Assembly: GCA_002189035.1 (NCBI GenBank)
Contig: NEEC01000127.1
Coordinates: forward strand, 29,521 to 93,520
Source of the DNA: Utricularia gibba
Lineage: Eukaryota > Plantae > Magnoliophyta
Length of the DNA: 64,000 nt
Direction of reading: 5' to 3'
Within the stretch, counting starts at the first letter, position 1, and each line of letters opens with the position of its first letter. Positions 26,401 through 41,400 of the stretch are shown piece by piece. The position numbers were made by a program, and so were the translations under genes. The notes below the pieces were generated by a model. The model made no database searches and was not told the DNA's origin. It saw only the letters and a program-made list of their open reading frames with translations.

Positions 26401-29400
26401 TCGCACACCGTTCGGCATCTCGTCGATATCCTGAAGACCGTGATGAGTCACGCTGCGCCCGGCATACCGTTTCGAAGCTCGTTCCGAGCCGGTCATCTTC
26501 CGTGTTTAAAGCTTCTTCGTCCGAGGATGCATCAGAGCTCGAATTATCGCCTTCTATTAGCCTTCAGATGCGCCACAAAGTGGCCACCACGTTCGCGACG
26601 ATGCGACTTGAACACCAGAATCGACGCGATTGTGATTTTCGGCTTGCAAAACATCTGCGTTTTTTTCGGGTGATGTGAAATATGGGTTTTCGAGGCGATC
26701 TTTGCACATGCTTAGGGTGTGTCCTACCGAAGCCTCATGGTTTCCTCGCACACCGTTCGGCATCTCGTCGATATCCTGAAGACCGTGATGAGTCACGCTG
26801 CGCCCGGAATACCGTTTCGAAGCTCGTTCCGAGCCGGTCATCTTCCGTGTTAAAGCTTCTTCGTCCGAGGATGCATCAGAGCTCGAATTATCGCCTTCTA
26901 TTAGCCTTCAGATGCGCCACAAAGTGGCCACCACGTTCGCGACGATGCGACTTGTAACACCAGAATCGACGCGATTGTGATTTTCGGCTTGCAAAACATC
27001 TGCGTTTTTTTGGGTGATGTGAAATATGGGTTTTCGAGGCGATCTTTTGCACATGCTTAGGGTGTGTTCTACCCGAAGCCTCATGGTTTCCTCGCACACC
27101 GTTCGGCATCTCGTCGATATCCTGAAGACCGTGATGAGTCACGCTGCGCCCGGAATACCGTTTCGAAGCTCGTTCCGAGCCGGTCATCTTCCGTGTTGAA
27201 AGCTTCTTCGTCCGAGGATGCATCAGAGCTCGAATTATCGCCTTCTATTAGCCTTCAGATGCGCCACAAAGTGGCCACCACGTTCGCGACGATGCGACTT
27301 GAACACCAGAATCGACGCGATTGTGATTTTCGGCTTGCAAAACATCTGCGTTTTTTCGGGTGATGTGAAATATGGGTTTTCGAGGCGATCTTTGCACATG
27401 CTTAGGGTGTGTCCCTACGTGAAGCCTCATGGTTTCCTCGCACACCGTTCGGCATCTCGTCGATATCCTGAAGACCGTGATGAGTCACGCTGCGCCCGGA
27501 ATACCGTTTCGAAGCTCGTTCCGAGCCGGTCATCTTCCGTGTTGAAAGCTTCTTCGTCCGAGGATGCATCAGAGCTCGAATTATCGCCTTCTATTAGCCT
27601 TCAGATGCGCCACAAAGTGGCCACCACGTTCGCGACGATGCGACTTGAACACAGAATCGACGCGATTGTGATTTTCGGCTTGCAAAACATCTGCGTTTTT
27701 TCGGGTGATGTGAAATATGGGTTTTCGAGGCGATCTTTGCACATGCTTAGGGTGTGTCACTACCGAAGCCTCATGGTTTCCTCGCACACCGTTCGGCATC
27801 TCGTCGATATCCTGAAGACCGTGATGAGTCACGCTGCGGCATACCGTTTCGAAGCTCGTTCCGAGCCGGTCATCTTCCGTGTTTAAAGCTTCTTCGTCCG
27901 AGGATGCATCAGAGCTCGAATTATCGCCTTCTATTAGCCTTCAGATGCGCCACAAAGTGGCCACCACGTTCGCGACGATGCGACTTGTAACACCAGAATC
28001 GACGCGATTGTGATTTTCGGCTTGCAAAACATCTGCGTTTTTTGGGTGATGTGAAATATGGGTTTTCGAGGCGATCTTTGCACATGCTTAGGGTGTGTCC
28101 TACGTGAAGCCTCATGGTTTCCTCGCACACCGTTCGGCATCTCGTCGATATCCTGAAGACCGTGATGAGTCACGCTGCGCCCGGCATACCGTTTCGAAGC
28201 TCGTTCCGAGCCGGTCATCTTCCGTGTTTAAAGCTTCTTCGTCCGAGGATGCATCAGAGCTCGAATTATCGCCTTCTATTAGCCTTCAGATGCGCCACAA
28301 AGTGGCCACCACGTTCGCGACGATGCGACTTGTAACACCAGAATCGACGCGATTGTGATTTTCGGCTTGCAAAACATCTGCGTTTTTTTGGGTGATGTGA
28401 AATATGGGTTTTCGAGGCGATCTTTGCACATGCTTAGGGTGTGTCTACCCGAAGCCTCATGGTTTCTCGCACACCGTTCGGCATCTCGTCGATATCCTGA
28501 AGACCGTGATGAGTCACGCTGCGCCCGGAATACCGTTTCGAAGCTCGTTCCGAGCCGGTCATCTTCCGTGTTGAAAGCTTCTTCGTCCGAGGATGCATCA
28601 GAGCTCGAATTATCGCCTTCTATTAGCCTTCAGATGCGCCACAAAGTGGCCACCACGTTCGCGACGATGCGACTTGTAACACCAGAATCGACGCGATTGT
28701 GATTTTCGGCTTGCAAAACATCTGCGTTTTTTTCGGGTGATGTGAATATGGGTTTTCGAGGCGATCTTTGCACATGCTTAGGGTGTGTCCCTACGAAGCC
28801 TCATGGTTTCCTCGCACACCGTTCGGCATCTCGTCGATATCCTGAAGACCGTGATGAGTCACGCTGCGCCCGGAATACCGTTTCGAAGCTCGTTCCGAGC
28901 CGGTCATCTTCCGTGTTTGAAAGCTTCTTCGTCCCGAGGATGCATCAGAGCTCGAATTATCGCCTTCTATTAGCCTTCAGATGCGCCACAAAGTGGCCAC
29001 CACGTTCGACGATGCGACTTGAACACCAGAATCGACGCGATTGTGATTTTCGGCTTGCAAAACATCTGCGTTTTTTCGGGTGATGTGAAATATGGGTTTT
29101 CGAGGCGATCTTTGCACATGCTTAGGGTGTGTCACTACGTGAAGCCTCATGGTTTCCTCGCACACCGTTCGGCATCTCGTCGATATCCTGAAGACCGTGA
29201 TGAGTCACGCTGCGCCCGGCATACCGTTTCGAAGCTCGTTCCGAGCCGGTCATCTTCCGTGTTTAAAGCTTCTTCGTCCGAGGATGCATCAGAGCTCGAA
29301 TTATCGCCTTCTATTAGCCTTCAGATGCGCCACAAAGTGGCCACCACGTTCGCGACGATGCGACTTGAACACCAGAATCGACGCGATTGTGATTTTCGGC

Positions 29401-32400
29401 TTGCAAAACATCTGCGTTTTTTGGGTGATGTGAAATATGGGTTTTCGAGGCGATCTTTGCACATGCTTAGGGTGTGTCCTACCGAAGCCTCATGGTTTCC
29501 TCGCACACCGTTCGGCATCTCGTCGATATCCTGAAGACCGTGATGAGTCACGCTGCGCCCGGCATACCGTTTCGAAGCTCGTTCCGAGCCGGTCATCTTC
29601 CGTGTTGAAAGCTTCTTCGTCCGAGGATGCATCAGAGCTCGAATTATCGCCTTCTATTAGCCTTCAGATGCGCCACAAAGTGGCCACCACGTTCGCGACG
29701 ATGCGACTGTAACACCAGAATCGACGATTGTGATTTTCGGCTTGCAAAACATCTGCGTTTTTTCGGGTGATGTGAAATATGGGTTTTCGAGGCGATCTTT
29801 GCACATGCTTAGGGTGTGTCACTACGTGAAGCCTCATGGTTTCCTCGCACACCGTTCGGCATCTCGTCGATATCCTGAAGACCGTGATGAGTCACGCTGC
29901 GCCCGGAATACCGTTTCGAAGCTCGTTCCGAGCCGGTCATCTTCCGTGTTTAAAGCTTCTTCGTCCGAGGATGCATCAGAGCTCGAATTATCGCCTTCTA
30001 TTAGCCTTCAGATGCGCCACAAAGTGGCCACCACGTTCGCGACGATGCGACTTGAACACGAATCGACGCGATTGATTTTCGGCTTGCAAAACATCTGCGT
30101 TTTTTGGGTGATGTGAAATATGGGTTTTCGAGGCGATCTTGCACATGCTTAGGGTGTGTCCTACCCGAAGCCTCATGGTTTCCTCGCACACCGTTCGGCA
30201 TCTCGTCGATATCCAAGACCGTGATGAGTCACGCTGCGCCCGGAATACCGTTTCGAAGCTCGTTCCGAGCCGGTCATCTTCCGTGTTGAAAGCTTCTTCG
30301 TCCGAGGATGCATCAGAGCTCGAATTATCGCCTTCTATTAGCCTTCAGATGCGCCACAAAGTGGCCACCACGTTCGCGACGATGCGACTTGAACACCAGA
30401 ATCGACGCGATTGTGATTTTCGGCTTGCAAAACATCTGCGTTTTTTCGGGTGATGTGAAATATGGGTTTTCGAGGCGATCTTTGCACATGCTTAGGGTGT
30501 GTCCTACGTGAAGCCTCATGGTTTCCTCGCACACCGTTCGGCATCTCGTCGATATCCTGAAGACCGTGATGAGTCACGCTGCGCCCGGCATACCGTTTCG
30601 AAGCTCGTTCCGAGCCGGTCATCTTCCGTGTTTAAAGCTTCTTCGTCCGAGGATGCATCAGAGCTCGAATTATCGCCTTCTATTAGCCTTCAGATGCGCC
30701 ACAAAGTGGCCACCACGTTCGCGACGATGCGACTTGAACACCAGAATCGACGCGATTGTGATTTTCGGCTTGCAAAACATCTGCGTTTTTTTCGGGTGAT
30801 GTGAAATATGGGTTTTCGAGGCGATCTTTGCACATGCTTAGGGTGTGTCCTACCGAAGCCTCATGGTTTCCTCGCACACCGTTCGGCATCTCGTCGATAT
30901 CCTGAAGACCGTGATGAGTCACGCTGCGCCCGGAATACCGTTTCGAAGCTCGTTCCGAGCCGGTCATCTTCCGTGTTGAAAGCTTCTTCGTCCGAGGATG
31001 CATCAGAGCTCGAATTATCGCCTTCTATTAGCCTTCAGATGCGCCACAAAGTGGCCACCACGTTCGCGACGATGCGACTTGAACACCAGAATCGACGCGA
31101 TTGTGATTTTCGGCTTGCAAAACATCTGCGTTTTTTCGGGTGATGTGAAATATGGGTTTTCGAGGCGATCTTTGCACATGCTTAGGGTGTGTCACTACGT
31201 GAAGCCTCATGGTTTCCTCGCACACCGTTCGGCATCTCGTCGATATCCTGAAGACCGTGATGAGTCACGCTGCGCCCGGAATACCGTTTCGAAGCTCGTT
31301 CCGAGCCGGTCATCTTCCGTGTTTAAAGCTTCTTCGTCCGAGGATGCATCAGAGCTCGAATTATCGCCTTCTATTAGCCTTCAGATGCGCCACAAAGTGG
31401 CCACCACGTTCGCGACGATGCGACTTGGAACACCAAAATCGACGCGATTGATTTTCGGCTTGCAAAACATCTGCGTTTTTTCGGGTGATGTGAAATATGG
31501 GTTTTCGAGGCGATCTTTGCACATGCTTAGGGTGTGTCCTACCGAAGCCTCATGGTTTCCTCGCACACCGTTCGGCATCTCGTCGATATCCTGAAGACCG
31601 TGATGAGTCACGCTGCGCCCGGCATACCGTTTCGAAGCTCGTTCCGAGCCGGTCATCTTCCGTGTTGAAAGCTTCTTCGTCCGAGGATGCATCAGAGCTC
31701 GAATTATCGCCTTCTATTAGCCTTCAGATGCGCCACAAAGTGGCCACCACGTTCGCGACGATGCGACTTGAACACCAGAATCGACGCGATTGTGATTTTC
31801 GGCTTGCAAAACATCTGCGTTTTTTCGGGTGATGTGAAATATGGGTTTTCGAGGCGATCTTTGCACATGCTTAGGGTGTGCTACCCGAAGCCTCATGGTT
31901 TCCTCGCACACCGTTCGGCATCTCGTCGATATCCTGAAGACCGTGATGAGTCACGCTGCGCCCGGAATACCGTTTCGAAGCTCGTTCCGAGCCGGTCATC
32001 TTCCGTGTTTGAAAGCTTCTTCGTCCGAGGATGCATCAGAGCTCGAATTATCGCCTTCTATTAGCCTTCAGATGCGCCACAAAGTGGCCACCACGTTCGA
32101 CGATGCGACTTGAACACAGAATCGACGCGATTGTGATTTTCGGCTTGCAAAACATCTGCGTTTTTTCGGGTGATGTGAAATATGGGTTTTCGAGGCGATC
32201 TTTGCACATGCTTAGGGTGTGTCACTACGTGAAGCCTCATGGTTTCCTCGCACACCGTTCGGCATCTCGTCGATATCCTGAAGACCGTGATGAGTCACGC
32301 TGCGCCCGGCATACCGTTTCGAAGCTCGTTCCGAGCCGGTCATCTTCCGTGTTAAAGCTTCTTCGTCCGAGGATGCATCAGAGCTCGAATTATCGCCTTC

Positions 32401-35400
32401 TATTAGCCTTCAGATGCGCCACAAAGTGGCCACCACGTTCGCGACGATGCGACTTGTAACACCAGAATCGACGCGATTGTGATTTTCGGCTTGCAAAACA
32501 TCTGCGTTTTTCGGGTGATGTGAAATATGGGTTTTCGAGGCGATCTTTGCACATGCTTAGGGTGTGTCCTACCGAAGCCTCATGGTTTCCTCGCACACCG
32601 TTCGGCATCTCGTCGATATCCTGAAGACCGTGATGAGTCACGCTGCGCCCGGCATACCGTTTCGAAGCTCGTTCCGAGCCGGTCATCTTCCGTGTTTAAA
32701 GCTTCTTCGTCCGAGGATGCATCAGAGCTCGAATTATCGCCTTCTATTAGCCTTCAGATGCGCCACAAAGTGGCCACCACGTTCGCGACGATGCGACTTG
32801 GAACACAGAATCGACGCGATTGATTTTCGGCTTGCAAAACATCTGCGTTTTTTTTGGGTGATGTGAAATATGGGTTTTCGAGGCGATCTTGCACATGCTT
32901 AGGGTGTGTTTCTACCCGAAGCCTCATGGTTTCCTCGCACACCGTTCGGCATCTCGTCGATATCCTGAAGACCGTGATGAGTCACGCTGCGCCCGGAATA
33001 CCGTTTCGAAGCTCGTTCCGAGCCGGTCATCTTCCGTGTTGAAAGCTTCTTCGTCCGAGGATGCATCAGAGCTCGAATTATCGCCTTCTATTAGCCTTCA
33101 GATGCGCCACAAAGTGGCCACCACGTTCGCGACGATGCGACTTGAACACCAGAATCGACGCGATTGTGATTTTCGGCTTGCAAAACATCTGCGTTTTTTC
33201 GGGTGATGTGAAATATGGGTTTTCGAGGCGATCTTTGCACATGCTTAGGTGTGTCACTACCGAAGCCTCATGGTTTCCTCGCACACCGTTCGGCATCTCG
33301 TCGATATCCTGAAGACCGTGATGAGTCACGCTGCGCCCGGCATACCGTTTCGAAGCTCGTTCCGAGCCGGTCATCTTCCGTGTTTAAAGCTTCTTCGTCC
33401 GAGGATGCATCAGAGCTCGAATTATCGCCTTCTATTAGCCTTCAGATGCGCCACAAAGTGGCCACCACGTTCGCGACGATGCGACTTGAACACAGAATCG
33501 ACGCGATTGTGATTTTCGGCTTGCAAAACATCTGCGGGGTGATGTGAAATATGGGTTTTCGAGGCGATCTTTGCACATGCTTAGGGTGTGTCCTACCGAA
33601 GCCTCATGGTTTCCTCGCACACCGTTCGGCATCTCGTCGATATCCTGAAGACCGTGATGAGTCACGCTGCGCCCGGCATACCGTTTCGAGCTCGTTCCGA
33701 GCCGGTCATCTTCCGTGTTTTAAAGCTTCTTCGTCCGAGGATGCATCAGAGCTCGAATTATCGCCTTCTATTAGCCTTCAGATGCCACAAAGTGGCCACC
33801 ACGTTCGCGACGATGCGACTTGTAACACCAGAATCGACGCGATTGTGATTTTCGGCTTGCAAAACATCTGCGTTTTTTCGGGTGATGTGAAATATGGGTT
33901 TTCGAGGCGATCTTTGCACATGCTTAGGGTGTGTCACTACCGAAGCCTCATGGTTTCCTCGCACACCGTTCGGCATCTCGTCGATATCCTGAAGACCGTG
34001 ATGAGTCACGCTGCTGCGCCCGGAATACCGTTTTCGAAGCTCGTTCCGAGCCGGTCATCTTCCGTTTAAAGCTTCTTCGTCCGAGGATGCATCAGAGCTC
34101 GAATTATCGCCTTCTATTAGCCTTCAGATGCGCCACAAAGTGGCCACCACGTTCGCGACGATGCGACTTGGAACACCAAAATCGACGATTGATTTTCGGC
34201 TTGCAAAACATCTGCGTTTTTTCGGGTGATGTGAAATATGGGTTTTCGAGGCGATCTTTGCACATGCTTAGGGTGTGTCCTACGTGAAGCCTCATGGTTT
34301 CCTCGCACACCGTTCGGCATCTCGTCGATATCCTGAAGACCGTGATGAGTCACGCTGCGCCCGGGCATACCGTTTCGAAGCTCGTTCCGAGCCGGTCATC
34401 TTCCGTGTTTAAAGCTTCTTCGTCCGAGGATGCATCAGAGCTCGAATTATCGCCTTCTATTAGCCTTCAGATGCGCCACAAAGTGGCCACCACGTTCGCG
34501 ACGATGCGACTTGTAACACCAGAATCGACGCGATTGCGATTTTCGGCTTGCAAAACATCTGCGTTTTTTTGGTGATGTGAAATATGGGTTTTCGAGGCGA
34601 TCTTGCACATGCTTAGGGTGTGTTTCTACCCGAAGCCTCATGGTTTCCTCGCACACCGTTCGGCATCTCGTCGATATCCTGAAGACCGTGATGAGTCACG
34701 CTATACCGTTTCGAAGCTCGTTCCGAGCCGGTCATCTTCCGTGTTGAAAGCTTCTTCGTCCAAGGATGCATCAGAGCTCGAATTATCGCCTTCTATTAGC
34801 CTTCAGATGCGCCACAAAGTGGCCACCACGTTCGCACGATGCGACTTGAACACCAGAATCGACGCGATTGTGATTTTCGGCTTGCAAAACATCTGCGTTT
34901 TTTCGGTGATGTGAAATATGGGTTTTCGAGGCGATCTTTGCACATGCTTAGGGGTGTGTCCCTACGTGAAGCCTCATGGTTTCCTCGCACACCGTTCGGC
35001 ATCTCGTCGATATCCTGAAGACCGTGATGAGTCACGCTGCGCCCGGCATACCGTTTCGAAGCTCGTTCCGAGCCGGTCATCTTCCGTGTTTAAAGCTTCT
35101 TCGTCCGAGGATGCATCAGAGCTCGAATTATCGCCTTCTATTAGCCTTCAGATGCCACAAAGTGGCCACCACGTTCGCGACGATGCGACTTGTAACACCA
35201 AAATCGACGCGATTGTGATTTTCGGCTTGCAAAACATCTGCGTTTTTTGGGTGATGTGAAATATGGGTTTTCGAGGCGATCTTGCACATGCTTAGGGTGT
35301 GTTTCTACCCGAAGCCTCATGGTTTCCTCGCACACCGTTCGGCATCTCGTCGATATCCTGAAGACCGTGATGAGTCACGCTGCGCCCGGAATACCGTTTC

Positions 35401-38400
35401 GAAGCTCGTTCCGAGCCGGTCATCTTCCGTGTTGAAAGCTTCTTCGTCCGAGGATGCATCAGAGCTCGAATTATCGCCTTCTATTAGCCTTCAGATGCGC
35501 ACAAAGTGGCCACCACGTTCGCGACGATGCGACTTGAACACAGAATCGACGCGATTTGATTTTCGGCTTGCAAAACATCTGCGTTTTTTCGGGTGATGTG
35601 AAATATGGGTTTTCGAGGCGATCTTTGCACATGCTTAGGGTGTGTCACTACCGAAGCCTCATGGTTTCCTCGCACACCGTTCGGCATCTCGTCGATATCC
35701 TGAAGACCGTGATGAGTCACGCTGCGCCCGGCATACCGTTTCGAAGCTCGTTCCGAGCCGGTCATCTTCCGTGTGAAAGCTTCTTCGTCCGAGGATGCAT
35801 CAGAGCTCGAATTATCGCCTTCTATTAGCCTTCAGATGCGCCACAAAGTGGCCACCACGTTCGCGACGATGCGACTTGAACACCAGAATCGACGCGATTG
35901 TGATTTTCGGCTTGCAAAACATCTGCGTTTTTTGGGTGATGTGAAATATGGGTTTTCGAGGCGATCTTTGCACATGCTTAGGGTGTGTCCCTACCGAAGC
36001 CTCATGGTTTCCTCGCACACCGTCGGCATCTCGTCGATATCCTGAAGACCGTGATGAGTCACGCTGCGCCCGGAATACCGTTTCGAAGCTCGTTCCGAGC
36101 CGGTCATCTTCCGTGTTGAAAGCTTCTTCGTCCGAGGATGCATCAGAGCTCGAATTATCGCCTTCTATTAGCCTTCAGATGCGCCACAAAGTGGCCACCA
36201 CGTTCGCGACGATGCGACTTGAACACCAGAATCGACGCGATTGTGATTTTCGGCTTGCAAAACATCTGCGTTTTTTCGGGTGATGTGAAATATGGGTTTT
36301 CGAGGCGATCTTTGCACATGCTTAGGGTGTGTCCTACGAAGCCTCATGGTTTCCTCGCACACCGTTCGGCATCTCGTCGATATCCTGAAGACCGTGATGA
36401 GTCACGCTGCGCCCGGAATACCGTTTCGAAGCTCGTTCCGAGCCGGTCATCTTCCGTGTTTAAAGCTTCTTCGTCCGAGGATGCATCAGAGCTCGAATTA
36501 TCGCCTTCTATTAGCCTTCAGATGCGCCACAAAGTGGCCACCACGTTCGCGACGATGCGACTTGAACACCAAAATCGACGCGATTGTGATTTTCGGCTTG
36601 CAAAACATCTGCGTTTTTTGGGTGATGTGAAATATGGGTTTTCGAGGCGATCTTTGCACATGCTTAGGGTGTGTCCTACCCGAAGCCTCATGGTTTCCTC
36701 GCACACCGTTCGGCATCTCGTCGATATCCTGAAGACCGTGATGAGTCACGCTGCGCCCGGAATACCGTTTCGAAGCTCGTTCCGAGCCGGTCATCTTCCG
36801 TGTTGAAAGCTTCTTCGTCCGAGGATGCATCAGAGCTCGAATTATCGCCTTCTATTAGCCTTCAGATGCCACAAAGTGGCCACCACGTTCGCGACGATGC
36901 GACTTGAACACCAGAATCGACGCGATTGTGATTTTCGGCTTGCAAAACATCTGCGTTTTTTCGGGTGATGTGAAATATGGGTTTTCGAGGCGATCTTTGC
37001 ACATGCTTAGGGTGTGTCCTACCGAAGCCTCATGGTTTCCTCGCACACCGTTCGGCATCTCGTCGATATCCTGAAGACCGTGATGAGTCACGCTGCGCCG
37101 GCATACCGTTTCGAAGCTCGTTCCGAGCCGGTCATCTTCCGTGTTTAAAGCTTCTTCGTCCGAGGATGCATCAGAGCTCGAATTATCGCCTTCTATTAGC
37201 CTTCAGATGCGCCACAAAGTGGCCACCACGTTCGCGACGATGCGACTTGTAACACCAGAATCGACGCGATTGTGATTTTCGGCTTGCAAAACATCTGCGT
37301 TTTTTTGGGTGATGTGAAATATGGGTTTTCGAGGCGATCTTGCACATGCTTAGGGTGTTCCTACCCGAAGCCTCATGGTTTCCTCGCACACCGTTCGGCA
37401 TCTCGTCGATATCCTGAAGACCGTGATGAGTCACGCTGCGCCCGGAATACCGTTTCGAAGCTCGTTCCGAGCCGGTCATCTTCCGTGTTGAAAGCTCTTC
37501 GTCCAAGGATGCATCAGAGCTCGAATTATCGCCTTCTATTAGCCTTCAGATGCGCCACAAAGTGGCCACCACGTTCGCGACGATGCGACTTGAACACAGA
37601 ATCGACGCGATTGTGATTTTCGGCTTGCAAAACATCTGCGTTTTTTCGGGTGATGTGAAATATGGGTTTTCGAGGCGATCTTTGCACATGCTTAGGGTGT
37701 GTCACTACGAAGCCTCATGGTTTCCTCGCACACCGTTCGGCATCTCGTCGATATCCTGAAGACCGTGATGAGTCACGCTGCGCCCGGCATACCGTTTCGA
37801 AGCTCGTTCCGAGCCGGTCATCTTCCGTGTTAAAGCTTCTTCGTCCGAGGATGCATCAGAGCTCGAATTATCGCCTTCTATTAGCCTTCAGATGCGCCAC
37901 AAAGTGGCCACCACGTTCGCGACGATGCGACTTGAACACCAAAATCGACGCGATTGTGATTTTCGGCTTGCAAAACATCTGCGTTTTTGGGTGATGTGAA
38001 ATATGGGTTTTCGAGGCGATCTTTGCACATGCTTAGGGTGTGTCCCTACCGAAGCCTCATGGTTTCCTCGCACACCGTTCGGCATCTCGTCGATATCCTG
38101 AAGACCGTGATGAGTCACGCTGCGCCCGGAATACCGTTTCGAAGCTCGTTCCGAGCCGGTCATCTTCCGTGTTGAAAGCTTCTTCGTCCGAGGATGCATC
38201 AGAGCTCGAATTATCGCCTTCTATTAGCCTTCAGATGTGCCACAAAGTGGCCACCACGTTCGCGACGATCGACTTGAACACCAGAATCGACGCGATTGTG
38301 ATTTTCGGCTTGCAAAAACATCTGCGTTTTTTTGGTGATGTGAAATATGGGTTTTCGAGGCGATCTTTGCACATGCTTAGGGTGTGTCCCTACTCGAAGC

Positions 38401-41400
38401 CTCATGGTTTCCTCGCACACCGTTCGGCATCTCGTCGATATCCTGAAGACCGTGATGAGTCACGCTGCGCCCGGCATACCGTTTCGAAGCTCGTTCCGAG
38501 CCGGTCATCTTCCGTGTTTAAAGCTTCTTCGTCCGAGGATGCATCAGAGCTCGAATTATCGCCTTCTATTAGCCTTCAGATGCGCCACAAAGTGGCCACC
38601 ACGTTCGCGACGATGCGACTTGTAACACCAGAATCGACGCGATTGATTTTCGGCTTGCAAAACATCTGCGTTTTGTTGGGTGATGTGAAATATGGGTTTT
38701 CGAGGCGATCTATGCACATGCTTAGGGTGTGTCTACCCGAAGCCTCATGGTTTCCTCGCACACCGTGCGGCATCTCGTCGATATCCTAAAGACCGTGATG
38801 AGTCACGCTGCGCCCGGAATACCGTTTCGAAGCTCGTTCCGAGCCGGTCATCTTCCGTGTTGAAAGCCTCTTCGTCCAAGGATGCATCAGAGCTCGAATT
38901 ATCGCCTTCTATTAGCCTTCAGATGCGCCACAAAGTGGCCACCACGTTCGCAACGATGCGACTTGCAACACTAGAATCGACGCGATTGTTTTCGGCTTGC
39001 AAAACATCTGCGTTTTTTCGGGTGATGTGAAATGGGTTTTCGAGGCGATCTTTGCACATGCTTAGGGTGTGTCACTACGTGAAGCCTCATGGTTTCCTCG
39101 CACACCGTTCGGCATCTCATCGATATCCTGAAGACCGTGATGAGTCACGCTGCGCCCGGCATACCGTTTCGAAGCTCGTTCCGAGCCGGTCATCTTCCGT
39201 GTTTAAAGCTTCTTCGTCCGAGGATGCATCAGAGCTCGAATTATCGCCTTCTATTAGCCTTCAGATGCGCCACAAAGTGGCCACCACGTTCGCGACGATG
39301 CGACTTGTAACACCAGAATCGACGCGATTGTGATTTTCGGCTTGCAAAACATCTGCGTTTTTGGGTGATGTGAAATATGGGTTTTCGAGGCGATCTTTGC
39401 ACATGCTTAGGGTGTGTCACTACGTGAAGCCTCATGGTTTCCTCGCACACCGTTCGGCATCTCGTCGATATCCTGAAGACCGTGATGAGTCACGCTGCGC
39501 CCGGCATACCGTTTCGAAGCTCGTTCCGAGCCGGTCATCTTCCGTGTTGAAAGCTTCTTCGTCCAGGATGCATCAGAGCTCGAATTATCGCCTTCTATTA
39601 GCCTTCAGATGCGCCACAAAGTGGCCACCACGTTCGCGACGATGCGACTTGTAACACCAGAATCGACGCGATTGTGATTTTCGGCTTGCAAAACATCTGC
39701 GTTTTTTGGGTGATGTGAAATATGGGTTTTCGAGGCGATCTTTGCACATGCTTAGGGTGTGTCACTACGTGAAGCCTCATGGTTTCCTCGCACACCGTTC
39801 GGCATCTCGTCGATATCCTGAAGACCGTGATGAGTCACGCTGCGCCCGGATACCGTTTCGAAGCTCGTTCCGAGCCGGTCATCTTCCGTGTTTAAAGCTT
39901 CTTCGTCCGAGGATGCATCAGAGCTCGAATTATCGCCTTCTATTAGCCTTCAGATGCGCCACAAAGTGGCCACCACGTTCGCGACGATGCGACTTGTAAC
40001 ACCAGAATCGACGATTGTGATTTTCGGCTTGCAAAACATCTGCGTTTTTTCGGGTGATGTGAAATATGGGTTTTCGAGGCGATCTTTGCACATGCTTAGG
40101 GTGTGTCACTACGTGAAGCCTCATGGTTTCCTCGCACACCGTTCGGCATCTCGTCGATATCCTGAAGACCGTGATGAGTCACGCTGCGCCCGGAATACCG
40201 TTTCGAAGCTCGTTCGAGCCGGTCATCTTCCGTGTTTAAAGCTTCTTCGTCCGAGGATGCATCAGAGCTCGAATTATCGCCTTCTATTAGCCTTCAGCGC
40301 CACAAAGTGGCCACACGTTCGCGACGATGCGACTTGTAACACCAGAATCGACGCGATTGTGATTTTCGGCTTGCAAAACATCTGCGTTTTTTCGGGTGAT
40401 GTGAAATATGGGTTTTCGAGGCGATCTTTGCACATGCTTAGGGGTGTTTCACCGAAGCCTCATGGTTTCCTCGCACACCGTTCGGCATCTCGTCGATATC
40501 CTGAAGACCGTGATGAGTCACGCTGCGCCCGGAATACCGTTTCGAAGCTCGTTCCGAGCCGGTCATCTTCCGTGTTGAAAAGCTTCTTCGTCCAAGGATG
40601 CATCAGAGCTCGAATTATCGCCTTCTATTAGCCTTCAGATGCGCCACAAAGTGGCCACCACGTTCGCAACGATGCGACTTGCAACACCAGAATCGACGCG
40701 ATTGTGATTTTCGGCTTGCAAAACATCTGCGTTTTTTCGGGTGATGTGAAATATGGGTTTTCGAGGCGATCTTTGCACATGCTTAGGGTGTGTCACTACG
40801 TGAAGCCTCATGGTTTCCTCGCACACCGTTCGGCATCTCGTCGATATCCTGAAGACCGTGATGAGTCACGCTGCGCCCGGATACCGTTTCGAAGCTCGTT
40901 CCGAGCCGGTCATCTTCCGTGTTTAAAGCTTCTTCGTCCGAGGATGCATCAGAGCTCGAATTATCGCCTTCTATTAGCCTTCAGATGCGCCACAAAGTGG
41001 CCACCACGTTCGCAACGATGCGACTTGCAACACTAGAATCGACGCGATTGTGATTTCGGCTTGCAAAACATCTGCGTTTCGGGTGATGTGAAATATGGGT
41101 TTTCGAGGCGATCTTTGCACATGCTTAGGGTGTGTCACTACGTGAAGCCTCATGGTTCCTCGCACACCGTTCGGCATCTCGTCGATATCCTGAAGACCGA
41201 TGAGTCACGCTGCGCCCGGCATACCGTTTCGAAGCTCGTTCCGAGCCGGTCATCTTCCGTGTTTAAAGCTTCTTCGTCCGAGGATGCATCAGAGCTCGAA
41301 TTATCGCCTTCTATTAGCCTTCAGATGCGCCACAAAGTGGCCACCACGTTCGCGACGATGCGACTTGTAACACCAGAATCGACGCGATTGTGATTTTCGG

